Shown here: positions 22,613-34,655 of the stretch, in pieces | Layout of the letters: every line of letters starts with the position of its first letter | Position numbering within the stretch: position 1 is the first letter of the stretch | From: Pristiophorus japonicus | Lineage: Eukaryota | Direction: 5' to 3' | DNA: 64,000 nt | Assembly: GCF_044704955.1 (NCBI RefSeq) | Contig: NC_092006.1 | Span: 5,084,001 to 5,148,000 of the forward strand | Made by a program: the position numbers and the translations under genes | Notes under the pieces: model-generated | What the model saw: the letters and a program-made list of their open reading frames with translations, nothing else | Told to the model about the DNA's origin: nothing | Databases searched by the model: none

Positions 22613-23771
22613 AACAAGATTAAGGCAACTTTCTGAAATCAGGAGGAGGAGAGAGAGGCGGGGAGGTTTGGGGAGGGAGTTCCAGAGCTTGGGGGCCCAG
22701 ACAGCTGAAGGCACGGCCACCGATGGTGGAGCGATGGAAATCGGGGGATGGGCAAGCGGGCAGAATTGAAGGAGGGCAGAGACCTCGGTGGGGGGGGGGG
22801 GGGCGGGGTTTGTCGGTGACGGAGATAGGGAGGGAGAGGTGGCCAGGAGGGAGTTGAACACGAGCACGAGAATTTTTAAAAGCGGGGCGATGATGGACTG
22901 GCTTGTAACAAGGATTACGAGGTTGTTCCTGGATGGTCACGAGAATTCTCTGTCTTTCTCGCCCCCTCACCCCCCCCCCCACCGCCCAGCATCTACGTCT
23001 GGGTTACGGTCGAGCTGCCCCGATACGAACTCCAGGAGACTGAGATCACACAGTTCTGGTGGGGCTTTGAAACAGTGCAGCGTGCCATCAGAGTGGGGAG
23101 GGGGAGGGGGTGTGTGGGGCGGAGAGATGGGGTCTTGGTGTGGGGGTGAACATCGCTACAGCTGCACTCTGTGGCTTTCTGAGTCAAACAGGCCTGACTC
23201 CAAGCGACATAGACAGAGCCATTGTCTCGGTGAATAAAGGCCCAATTCACAGCCCTGTTATTGAGCACAGTACTACATTAATTTACAGCGCACAAACTGC
23301 CCTTGTTGTCCACAATGTGAACCTCACAGGGGTGCGTTTCAAGCAGGTGCCGCACACTGAATGAGCGAAATTTAAACCGAAGAGACGTCTTGGCCGAGGG
23401 AGCCGCTTCTATGTTCGGACTACCTTCCAGAGGGAGTGAACCCGAGTCAGATCCTCGAAGCACAGGCGCAAAAAAACCGCAAGAAACAGGAGTCGGCCAT
23501 TCGGCCCCTCGAGCCTGCTCCGCCATTCAATGAGATCGTGGCTGATCCGATCATGGACTCAGCTCCACTTCCCCGCCCGCTCCCCGTAACCCTTCACTCT
23601 CTCATCGTTCAAAAATCTGCCGGTCTCCACCTTGAATATATTCGATGACCCCAGACCCCACAGCTCTCTGGGCCAGAGAATTCCACAGGTTCACCAGATT
23701 CATCTCCGTCTTAAACGGGCGGCCCCTTATTCTGGGACCATGTGTCCCCTCGTTCTAGATTCCCCCACGAG

Positions 23772-24582
23772 GAATTTTCTTTTGCTCCGGGGCAGAAACC
23801 GCCCGATGCATACCGTGATGACGTCGTTGTCAAATAGAGACATCATTATTATTCACAGGGAGAAAGATTGCAAAGTGCCGCAGTACAGCGGGACCTGGGG
23901 GTACTTGTGCATTGAAACACAAAAGGATAGTATGCAGGTACAGCAAGTGAGCAGGAAGGCCAATGGTATCTTGGCCTTTATTGCAAAGACGGATGGAGTA
24001 TAAAAGCAGGGAAGTCTTGCTACAGTTATACAGGGTATTGGTGAGGCCACACCTGGAGTACTGCGTGCAGTTTTGGTCTCCATATCCACCCTATCCAGCC
24101 CCTTCAGAATCTTGTACATTTCGATAAGCTCACCTCTCATTCTTCTGAACTCCGATATGTACAGGCCCAACTTGCGCAACCCTTTCCTCATAAGACAACC
24201 CCCTCATCTCCGGAATCAACCGAGTGAGCCTTCTCTGAACAGCCTCCAATGCAAGTATATCCCTCCTTAAATACGGAGACCAAAACTGCACGCAGTACTC
24301 CAGCTGTGGCCTCACCAATACCCTGTACAGCTGTAGCAGGACTTCTCTGCTTTTATACTCTGCCCCCTTTGCAATAAAGGCCAAGATTCCATTGGCCTTC
24401 CTGATCACTTGCTGTACCTGCATACTAACAGTTTGTGTTTCATGCACAAGTGCCCCCAGGTCCCTCCGCACTGCAACACTTTGCAATCTTTCTCCCTGTG
24501 AATAATAATGATGTCTCTATTTGACAGCGACGTCATCACGGTATGCATCGGGCGGTTTCTGCCCCGGAGCAAAAAAAAATTC
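23772..24582. repeat. Fold-back inverted duplication (arms about 23772-24081 and 24275-24582)
   Basis: Both arms contain the same non-CR1 segment (ttgctccggggcagaaaccgcccgatgcataccgtgatgacgtcg…cattattattcacagggagaaag) and the same junction into CR1, in opposite orientations. Confidence 0.88.
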
Positions 24583-25043
24583 CGGGAACGCCGGGACTGA
24601 AGGCGTGCCGGGCGGTGACAGGGATAGCTTCACGGGGGCTAAACATGGCGTCCGTGTGCTAGCGGGGCGCCCGTTAAAGGGGAGGTGGCATGCCGCGAGC
24701 CATAGCCCCCTTGAACGTGGGCGGTCCGTGCCTCCATTTGCCATCTCCCGGCGCCGTGCTTGAGTTGCCCGGGGCTGGGGGGGGGCTGATTTGCATGGCT
24801 CCCACCCCCGCTCCCCGGTGGCCCAGGGAGAGCGCTGCTGGGCCTTCCCCTTTAATGACGGGAGCGACATAGACATCGACATAGATAATAGGTGCAGGAG
24901 TAGGCTATTCGGCCCCTCGAGCCTGCACCGCCATTCAATATGATCACGGCCGATCCCCTATCACAACTATCTCATATTTCCGCTTTTTCCCCATACCCCT
25001 TGATGCCTTTTGTTATCTATGCGGACTATATCTATACGCTCCG

Positions 25044-28000
25044 TGTCGAGGAAATATTTAGCTTAAATTAACTCAGGCGGAGACTTTCAGAAGTGCACTT
25101 CGAGAGAATTTATTTTAAAAAGCGAGATATATCTCAGAGAGCCTGCTTGGACCATACCAAGGCAAAAACTCTGCCATACAGGCAAATTGTCCCTATCTTT
25201 ATACAGAAATTGAATACAGAAATATAAAAGGAATCTTATTCATTAGTCCCGCGAGTACAAAGGTCGTCTCGGGAGGTACACACTCTATCAACCGAGACTC
25301 CAGGATGGTATGTTGCCTCCCTGGTGCAAGGGTCAAGGATGTCTCGGAGCGGGTGCAGGACATTCTGAAATGGGAGGGAGAACAGCCAGTTGTCGTGGTG
25401 CACATTGGTACCAACGACATTGGTAAAAAAAGGGATGAGGTCCTACGAAAAGAATTTAAGGAGCTCGGAGCTAAATTAAAAAGTAGGACCTCAAAAGTAG
25501 TAATCTCGGGATTGCTACCAGTGCCACGTGCTAGTCAGAGTAGGAATCGCAGGATAGCGCAGATGAATACATGGCTTGAGCAGTGGTGCAGCAGGGAGGG
25601 ATTCAAATTCTTGGGGCATTGGAACCGGTTCTGGGGGAGGTGGGACCAGTACAAACCAGACGGTCTGCACCTGGGCAGGACCGGAACCAATGTCCTAGGG
25701 GGAGTGTTTGCTTGTGCTGTTGGGGAGGAGTAAAACTAATATTGCAGGGGGATGGGAACCTATGCAGGGAGACAGAGGGAGACAAAAATGAGGCAAAAGC
25801 AAAAGACAGAAAGGAGATGAGGAAAAGTGGAGGGCAGAGAAACCCAAGGCAAAGAACAAAAAGGGCCACTGTACAGCAAAATTCTAGAAGGAAAAAGGGT
25901 GTTAAAAAAGCAAGCCTGAAGGCTTTGTGTCTTAATGCAAGGAGTATCCGCAATAAGGTGGATGAATTAACTGTGCAAATAGATGTTAACAAATATGATG
26001 TGATTGGGATTACAGAGACGTGGCTCCAGGATGATCAGGGCTGGGAACTCAACATCCAGGGGTATTCAACATTCAGGAAGGATAGAATAAAAGGAAAAGG
26101 AGGTGGGGTAGCATTGCTGGTTAAAGAGGAGATTAATGCAACAGTTAGGAAAGACATTAGCTTGGATGATGTGGAATCTATATGGGTAGAGCTGCAGAAC
26201 ACTAAAGGGCAAAAATCGTTAGTGGGAGTTGTGTACAGACTTCCAAATAGTAGTAGTGATGTTGGGGAGGGCATCAAACAGGAAATTAGGAGTGCATGCA
26301 ATAAAGGTGCAGCAGTTATAATGGGTGACTTTAATATGCACAGAGATTGGGCTAGCCAAACTGGAAGCAATACGGTGGAGGAGGATTTTCTGGAGTGCAT
26401 AAGGGATGGTTTTCTAGACCAATATGTCGAGGAACCAACTAGGGGGGAGGCCATCTTAGACTGGGTGTTGTGTAATGAGAGAGGATTAATTAGCAATCTC
26501 ATTGTGCGAGGCCCCTTGGGGAAGAGTGACCATAATATGGTGGAATTCTGCATTAGGATGGAGAATGAAACAGTTAATTCAGAGACCATGGTCCAGAACT
26601 TAAAGAAGGGTAACTTTGAAGGTATGAGGCATGAATTGGCTAAGATAGATTGGCTAATGATACTTAAGGGGTTGATTGTGGATGGGCAATGGCAGACATT
26701 TAGAGACCGCACGGATGAATTACAACAATTGTACATTCCTGTCTGGCGTAAAAATAAAAAAGGGAAGGTGGCTCAACCGTGGCTATCTAGGGAAATCAGG
26801 GATAGTATTAAAGCCAAGGAAATGGCATACACATTGGCCAGAAATAGCAGCGAACCTGGGGACTGGGAGAAATTTAGAACTCAGCAGAGAAGGACAAAGG
26901 GTTTGATTAGGGCAGGGAAAATGGAGTACGAGAAGAAGCTTGCAGGGAACATTAAGGCAGATTGCAAAAGTTTCTATAGGTATGTAAAGTGAAAAAGATT
27001 AGTAAAGACAAACGTAGGTCCCCTGCAGTCAGAATCAGGGGAAGTCATAACGGGGAACAAAGAAATGGCAGACCAATTGAACAAGTACTTTGGTTCAGTA
27101 TTCACTAAGGAGGACACAAACAACCTTCCGGATATAAAAGTGGTCAGAGGGTCTAGTAAGGAGGAGGAACTGAGGGAAATCTTTATTAGTCGGGAAATTG
27201 TGTTGGGGAAATTGATGGGATTGAAGGCCGATAAATCCCCAGGGCCTGATGGACTGCATCCCAGAGTACTTAAGGAGGTGGCCTTGGAAATAGCGGATGC
27301 ATTGACAGTCATTTTCCAACATTCCATTGACTCTGGATCAGTTCCTATGGAGTGGAGGGTAGCCAATGTAACCCCACTTTTTAAAAAAGGAGGGAGAGAG
27401 AAAACAGGGAATTATAGACCGGTCAGCCTGACCTCAGTAGTGGGTAAAATGATGGAATCAATTATTAAGGATGTCATAGCAGTGCATCTGGAAAATGGTG
27501 ACATGATAGGTCCAAGTCAGCATGGATTTGTGAAAGGGAGATCATGCTTGACAAATCTTCTGGAATTTTTTGAGGATGTTTCCAATAAAGTGGACAAAGG
27601 AGTACCAGTTGGTGTGGTATATTTGGACTTTCAGAAAGCTTTCGACAAGGTCCCACACAGGAGATTAATGTGCAAAGTTAAAGCACATGGGATTGGGGGT
27701 AGTGTGCTGACGTGGATTGAGAACTGGTTGTCAGACAGGAAGCAAAGAGTAGGAGTAAATGGGTACTTTTCGGAATGGCAGGCAGTGACTAGTGGGGTAC
27801 CGCAGGGTTCTGTGCTGGGGCCCCAGCTGTTTACATTGTACATTAATGATTTAGACGAGGGGATTAAATGTAGTATCTCCAAATTTGCGGATGACACTAA
27901 GTTGGGTGGCAGTGTGAGCTGCGAGGAGGATGCTATGAGGCTACAGAGTGACTTGGATAGGTTAGGTGAGTGGGCAAATGCGTGGCAGATGAAGTATAAT

Positions 28001-29056
28001 GTGGATAAATGTGAGGTTATCCACTTTGGTGGTAAAAACAGAGAGACAGACTATTATCTGAATGGTGACAGATTAGGAAAAGGGAAGGTGCAACGAGACC
28101 TGGGTGTCATGGTACATCAGTCATTGAAGGTTGGCATGCAGGTACAGCAGGCGGTTAAGAAAGCAAATGGCATGTTGGCCTTCATAGCGAGGGGATTTGA
28201 GTACAGGGGCAGGGAGGTGTTGCTACAGTTGTACAGGGCCTTGGTGAGGCCACACCTGGAGTATTGTGTACAGTTTTGGTCTCCTAACTTGAGGAAGGAC
28301 ATTCTTGCTATTGAGGGAGTGCAGCGAAGATTCACCAGACTGATTCCCGGGATGGTGGGACTGACCTATCAAGAAAGACTGGATCAACTGGGCTTGTATT
28401 CACTGGAGTTCAGAAGAGTGAGAGGGGACCTCATAGAAACGTTTAAAATTCTGACGGGTTTGGACAGGTTGGATGCAGGAAGAATGTTCCCAATGTTGGG
28501 GAAGTCCAGAACCAGGGGTCACAGTCTAAGGATAAGGGGAAAGCCATTTAGGACCGAGATAAGGAGAAACTTCTTCACCCAGAGAGTGGTGAACCTGTGG
28601 AATTCTCTACCACAGGAAGTAGTTGAGGCCAATTCACTAAATATATTCAAAAGGGAGTTAGATGAAGTCCTTACTACTCGGGGGATCAAGGGTTATGGCG
28701 TGAAAGCAGGAAGGGGGTACTGAAGTTTCATGTTCAGCCATGAACTCATTGAATGGCGGTGCAGGCTAGAAGGGCTGAATGGCCTGCTCCTGCACCTATT
28801 TTCTATGTTTCTATGTTTCTATCTTTCTATGTTTCTATCTGTCCCTGCATAGTTTCTTTCTGTTCACAGTCTGATAAGCAGAATAAAAGGAGACTCCCTT
28901 TTAATACCAGATGGTCATTTAATTGCATCTCTAAGTTTCAAGGCTAAAAAAGCGTGGCTATTTTTCTAGTCCTATTATTTCTTTAAGCATAGCAAAAACA
29001 GAATTTAACCCTTCCCTTTTCCATAAGCCATAGATTCATAGATTCTTTCTTCCACA
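25044..29056 (-). repeat. ERV 3' LTR in two pieces (25044-25289 and 28840-29056), split by CR1
   Basis: The two pieces concatenate to match 35745-36207 with about 6 substitutions. Confidence 0.95.
25290..28833 (+). mobile_element. Young CR1 LINE: ORF1 C-terminal esterase (SGNH-like) domain and full-length ORF2 with one stop (26990-26992)
   Basis: ORF 25305-25733 has VVHIGTND and DGLHL. ORFs 25583-26992 and 27065-28723 give APE + RT. Flanked by a tctatc duplication (25284-25289 / 28834-28839). Confidence 0.96.
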
Positions 29057-29067
29057 ATTCCCTCCTT
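29057..29067 (-). promoter_or_regulatory. Polypurine tract of the ERV
   Basis: Minus strand AAGGAGGGAAT directly before the TG of the 3' LTR. Confidence 0.85.
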
Positions 29068-29102
29068 GTTGATCTTTTTATTTTTTAAATCAACACAATT
29101 TC

Positions 29103-30913
29103 CTATATTCTCTTCTTGAGCAAAAGGGGATTTATTACTTGACTAATTACATTTTTTAATTTTATCCACATTCCGCAAAGGATTATTAATAATACAAGCA
29201 TAACCACACCTACGATTACTATGGGGTGTATAGCAAGCTTCAGTACTGCTGTAGCTTTTGGGGACCATCCGGTAAACACATCCCACCAGTGGTGTACTGT
29301 CAAAGAGGTGACTTCATCTGCGATTCTCACTAGCTGCCCCTTCTTGTAACTCATTTCGACTCTAAATTGGTGGATGTCTCTGCCTTGCTTTGACAGAGCT
29401 TCCTCAATTTTCTTGTTATTACGTATCAAATTGTGCAGTCTGGTCAAATTAATTACAGGGGGTAAGGGTTCAATCTTGTGCATAGACAGATATTTTTCTA
29501 CATTTTGCCATTGCCCAAAGGTATAAGTTCTTTTTACTTCTGGGTCATACAGGGTGTGGACTTTTCTCACGCATTTATTAATGGGGGGTTTATACAAAAT
29601 TCCATCCAGATAGACAGGTTTATTTCCTGTCACACAGATCTCATTCTGTCCTATTTCCGTTATATCAGTGTCATTTGTTAGCTTTAATTCCCATTTACAT
29701 ACTCCAATGGAGTGCTGCAGTGAGCATGGTTCGTATATGGTGGTCTGATAGGGACATACCATTCCGAATGGCCACCTAGCACATCCCCTCTGGTGATGTG
29801 TCATATTCTTCTCATCGACCCAATCTCCTTTAAATTCTGGGTCCCAGAAGTTCTGTCCAAACAGCTGGGGCATTACTTGGAACTGACACCAAATTTCTTT
29901 TCGTGTCATACTTACTATCTCTCCAGTAACGTTACATCCTTTTGAATTACAACTGGTATATTTTTTTTGAGGGCTAATGGTTAAATTAAGAAGCTTATCT
30001 CTTTTGTTAATTTCCAGCAACCTTTCTTATGTGTTAGCATGGAAGGATAATATTTTCCTTTCTAACTCGGCTCTTAATAGCTGTCTGATCATTTCTTTAA
30101 ACAGGCAATGGGTGTACTTGTTTACTTCCTGTTGTTCTTTCATTAGGTTCTCTATTTCCTTCTCTATCCCTTCATTCTGTTGCCAGGTCATTTCATTTAT
30201 GACGTAACCTGATATCTGTAATTGCTGTAATCCTTCATTTCAGGCATTTCTGATTTTTATATCTTCCCCTACCAGTCCTCCGACAGCCTGGATTTTATTT
30301 TGTAGGGTCTCGATATCCATGGAGTTCAATGCTCCTATTCCTGCTCCCACTGCACCTAACACAGTCTCTAATACACCCCGTTTCTTTCTTTGGGGGCTTT
30401 CTTTTTCAAAAGATACCTTAACACTGGTTGTGTGGCAACCATCTTCTTTCTTTGGGGGATATTCACCGGGGTGTTATTCATGCACAACATCCACTGCCCT
30501 TCTACCATACTTGTAAATGAATAACGGAGGACGTCTTTTCTCTCGTCCGGCCCTCCTATGCACCCCCATCTCTTGTTTTTCCCTGTGCTCCAGGTACACT
30601 TCATCCACACATCGGCCTGGTATTCTATGAACAACTGATACCCTTTCCCCAATATAAATTGGAACTCCCCTCTTTCTTCCTTCATTCCACATGCCTCACA
30701 TCATGCCGTAAAATTCCCTACCTTACAACTTTGGCCTACTGGGCATATAAAATTGCCTTGCTGCCTCATATTATTACTTCTTTCCCATACCATATTTCCC
30801 TTCCATACTCTTCCTTCTTTTAGGACTTCTTCCTCCTGCCGGGAGTTCCCTGTTGCTAAAATGATCAGTATACCTAACGTCCATTTATAATTTTTCCAAG
30901 AGTCCCTTCCCAT
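29103..30913 (-). pseudogene. env: ERV envelope (three in-frame stops, one frameshift)
   Basis: Signal peptide (WTLGILIILATGNS), furin site RKKR ending at 30378, fusion peptide GVLETVLGAVGAGIGALNSMDI, heptad repeats, Cys-rich ectodomain, HHWWDVFTGWSP, and TM helix IVIVGVVMLVLLIILCGMWI. Confidence 0.92.
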
Positions 30914-31040
30914 CTTCCCTTTCTTGTTTGTTTCTATACCACTCTTGAATTAAGTCGTTACAATAACAACACGTCCACACGATAGTAACAGTGACCCAAA
31001 TAATAAAGGCCCAAACTGGCACACAAATGAGCTCTGACAT
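30885..31040 (-). CDS. Small 51-aa single-pass membrane ORF between pol and env
   Basis: MSELICVPVWAFIIWVTVTIVWTCCYCNDLIQEWYRNKQEREDGKGLLEKL*; overlaps the env ATG at 30913 in another frame. Confidence 0.5.
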   Translation of the reverse strand: MSELICVPVWAFIIWVTVTIVWTCCYCNDLIQEWYRNKQEREDGKGLLEKL

Positions 31041-31129
31041 CCATCCGTGAATTTTGGGCAATAATTTCAAGTCCAAATATTTAATACAAGAGCAGGTACA
31101 GTTCTTTCAGCGAGAAGATGGCTGTTTTC

Positions 31130-34100
31130 TTAGTCGGGCGACCGTAGTACGTCCTGGCTCAATGCCTTTTCCTTCGGCTGTAATTCGTCGGGGAAATGAT
31201 ATTTACAGCGGGTTGCATGCACCCAGTTCGGGTGCTTTTCCAACTTCAAAGCGGTTCGTGTTGTGAGAATTATCTGATACGGTCCTTTCCACCTAGGAGA
31301 AAAGGATTCTTTATTTAATGTTTTTACTAACACTTGATCTCCAGGTCTGAAAGGTGCATATTTCCTTCCGACGGGGCACCTGTGTCTGCTTTATTTGTTC
31401 ATGCAGCCTTCTTGCTATTTCACACATGGCCTGAGCATACTTTAGTGATTTTTCATCATTCCAAATTAATGCTATTTTTTCATCTGCCAGTGGTGGTTTT
31501 ACGCCAGTAGGCATTGGTCTTCCCAATAAGGCTTCATGTGGTGTCAACCCAGTGTTTCGGTTTTTCTGGTTTCTCATTGTATACAATACTCATGGTAAGG
31601 CATCTGGCCACTTCAGTCCAGTCTCCTGACATACCTTGGTAAGGGTAGATTTTATTATCCCATTTACTCTTTCTACCATTCCCGAGGACTGTGGCTGATA
31701 TGGTATATGTAACTTCCACTGGAACCCTAACGCTTCTGCAAGGTTTTGCACTATTTTTCCTGTGAAGTGGGTTCCCCTGTCACTGTTGATTCCCAAAGGT
31801 ATCCCATATCTTGGTACTATTTCTTTAAATCGAATTTTTACTACTGTTCGGGCATCGTCTCTCCTAGTGGCGTACGCTTCTACCCACCTTGTGAACATAT
31901 CTACTATGACTAATAGATACTTAAGACCTGATACTGGAGGCATGTGGACAAAGTCAATTTGCAAATTTTCAAAGGGCATACTTGGTTGGGGTAGATGATC
32001 ATATCCAGCAGGTGTTTTACCTCTGTTATTTTGTTGACAAATTTGGCATGTCCTAGCAACTTTCTCAATTACTACTGTTATTCCTGGTGCATACCACTGT
32101 GCATTGATAGCATGTATCATCCCTCCTTTGCCCATGTGAGCCTGACCGTGTGCTAGGCGAGACAGGGGCAAAAATAGAGATCTAGGGCAAACAGTTCGCC
32201 CATCAGGGTGATACCAAATGTCGTTTTTTAGAAAACAACCCTGGTTTTCCCAAGTTCTTCCTTCCTGCATGGTAACTTGTTGTTGGGCTGTTTTAAGTTG
32301 TTGGATGTCAAGTACCTGTGGAGGGGAACTGAGACTGCTTGAAGGCAGTCTGCCTGTGCCGAAGCGATCTGTTTGGCTGCCTCGTCAGCCCTCCTATTTC
32401 CTACTGATACTCCATCCTCACCGGTTGTGTGAGCTGCACATTTGATAACGGCTACCTTACTTGGCAACTGAATGGCGTCTAATAGATTAAGCACCAGTTG
32501 AGAGTGCTTAATATGCTTTCCACCAGAGGTGATAAAGCCTCTGTTTTTCCACAGTTGTCCAAAATCATGGAACCACACCGAATGCATATCTAGAATCAGT
32601 ATAGATATTAGCAGTATGATCTTTAGCTATTATACAAGCTCTAGTGAGGGCAAACAATTCAGCAGCCTGAGCCGAGGTTCCGGGAGGCAGGGCGAATGCT
32701 TCAACAGTTTCGTGGGGATTTACAATAGCATAGCCTGCCAAAAACAAATCATCCGATGGCCTATGTGATGATCCATCCATATAGAGAATAAGATCAGGAT
32801 TGTCCATGGGCTCTGTGAGCAAATCTGGTCTTGGTAAGGTGGCTATTTCCACCGTTAACAGACAATCATGCTGGTCTGGATCCTCTACTTCTTTAGCAGG
32901 AAGAAAAGTGGCTGGGTTCACTACCGGTGCACGTCGAAAGGTATAGTTAGGGTGTGACAGCAGTAATACTTCATAACCTGTTCTTCGAGATGCTGTAAAG
33001 TGTTGTGTGGCAGCTGAATTCAAAAGTAATAACACAGCATGGGCTGTAATGACAGTACATGGATGATCCAAGACAATAGGTACCGACTTCTCCACCATGA
33101 CCGCAGTAGCAGCTACAGCACGTAGACATGCTGGCATTCCCCTTACTACTGGAGGCAGCAAAACCGAATAATAAACAACTGGTCTATCTCCCCCACCATG
33201 TTCTTGGGTTAGTACTGCTGTTGCAAATCCTTCTTTCTCATTCACATACATCTGAAAAGGTTTACCATAATTCGGAAGTCCCAACGCCGGAGCATTAGTA
33301 ATGTCTTTCTTTAACTGTTTAAATGCCTCCTCTCTCTCTGGGGTCCACTCCACCTTGGGTGGGGCATCATTTAGGGCAGCTGATCTTAGGACCGCATCCC
33401 ATTCTCGATTCTTTCTGGTCCTAGCTGCCTCTGCCCTTGAGATATGTGAAAACCCAGGTACTGGACTTGAATCTGACAAAATTGTAACTTTGGTAACGAC
33501 ACTCGGTGCCCTCTTTCACATAGGTGCTGTAACAGTTTCAGGGAATCTTGCATGCACCTGTATCCGTGGCTAGAAGCCACAAGCAAATCCTTGGGGCAAC
33601 CTGGTCCATGTGTACTGCTGCTTCTTGTGGGTGAAAGCAAACAGATACTGACTTTCTTGATTTAACGGGATAGAGAAAAAAGCTGAACACAGGTCTATCA
33701 CAGTAAAGACAGTTGCTGTTGGTGGTATAGCAGATAGTATAATGTTGGTGTCCGGTACCACAGGGGTGATAGGGACTACTATCTTATTAATAGCTCTCAG
33801 ATCTTGCGCAAATCTCCATTCCTACAATCGGACCCATATCTTTAGGTTTCGCTGGCGGTTTTACAGCCAAGGTCAGATGGGGTGTCGAGTTCGCTTCTCT
33901 AAACCGCTGTTGCTGTAAGGGTGTCAATCGATGGCTACCCCCAATCCTTCTGGTCCAAAATAAATGCGGGGCGTAGCTTCTACTATTTCTTCTCTATTTA
34001 AAAAGGATTGTACCAAACACTGGTAAGTTTCAGCTTTTTGTCGAGTGTACCAGGCTGTACAGTGAAGCTGAACTGCCTCAAAGCTTGTCAAAATTATATA

Positions 34101-34655
34101 CATCAATTCTTCAGTATTAGAGTCAAATTTAGCTTTTAAGTTTTGTATAACTTCATGTATCAAGGGGGAATAGAAGTTGCCATTCAATTGCCAACAATAG
34201 AGGGCAGCCTTTTCTTTGTTATCCTCCCTTTTCTCTTCTTTAATCCCATTAAAGAACTGATGGATTTTATTTGGAGGGAGCTCCATGAACATTCCTTCCT
34301 TTGTGCAATAAATTGTGGCTCCTAGTTTGCACAAAGTCTGTCTTCCCAATAAAGGGAGCGGTGTTGTTTTAGAGACTATCAAAGTCTCATCATTAACTGA
34401 TTGTCCTTCAATTATCAATTTGGTAGGTTCAGATAAAAATTATTTCATGGGGATACCGGCCACACCCAAACTTAAGACGGTGGTGTTGCTTACAGGTAAT
34501 CCCACAGAGGATGGTACAGAAGACATAGTAGCACCGGTATCCACCAGGAACTTCACATAAGTGTCTCCTACTTTTACTACTGCCAGAGGGTTTTCTTCTA
34601 TGTCTGCCGATAAGCGGAGGGCTGCCGCCTGTAACACTAAGCCTCTGGGGCATCC
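31130..34655 (-). pseudogene. pol: ERV pro-pol, with deletions and frameshifts
   Basis: PR: FLVDTGA…LLGR. RT: WRFAQDLRAINK, VIDLCSAFFSIP, YTWTRLPQGF, with the YxDD region deleted. RNase H: YMDGSS, SAQAAEL, YTDSRYAFG. IN: HHCC, D-D-E (IDFVHM, SDRGTHF, SSGMVER) and a GPY module (PRWKGPYQIILTT). Confidence 0.95.

Noticed and set aside
30027-30703. APOBEC-type G-to-A hypermutation of the ERV (env stops TGA, TGA and TAA could derive from TGG)
   Set aside because: Only three sites, ancestral codons unknown, and stops in gag/pol do not clearly fit; needs a family consensus.
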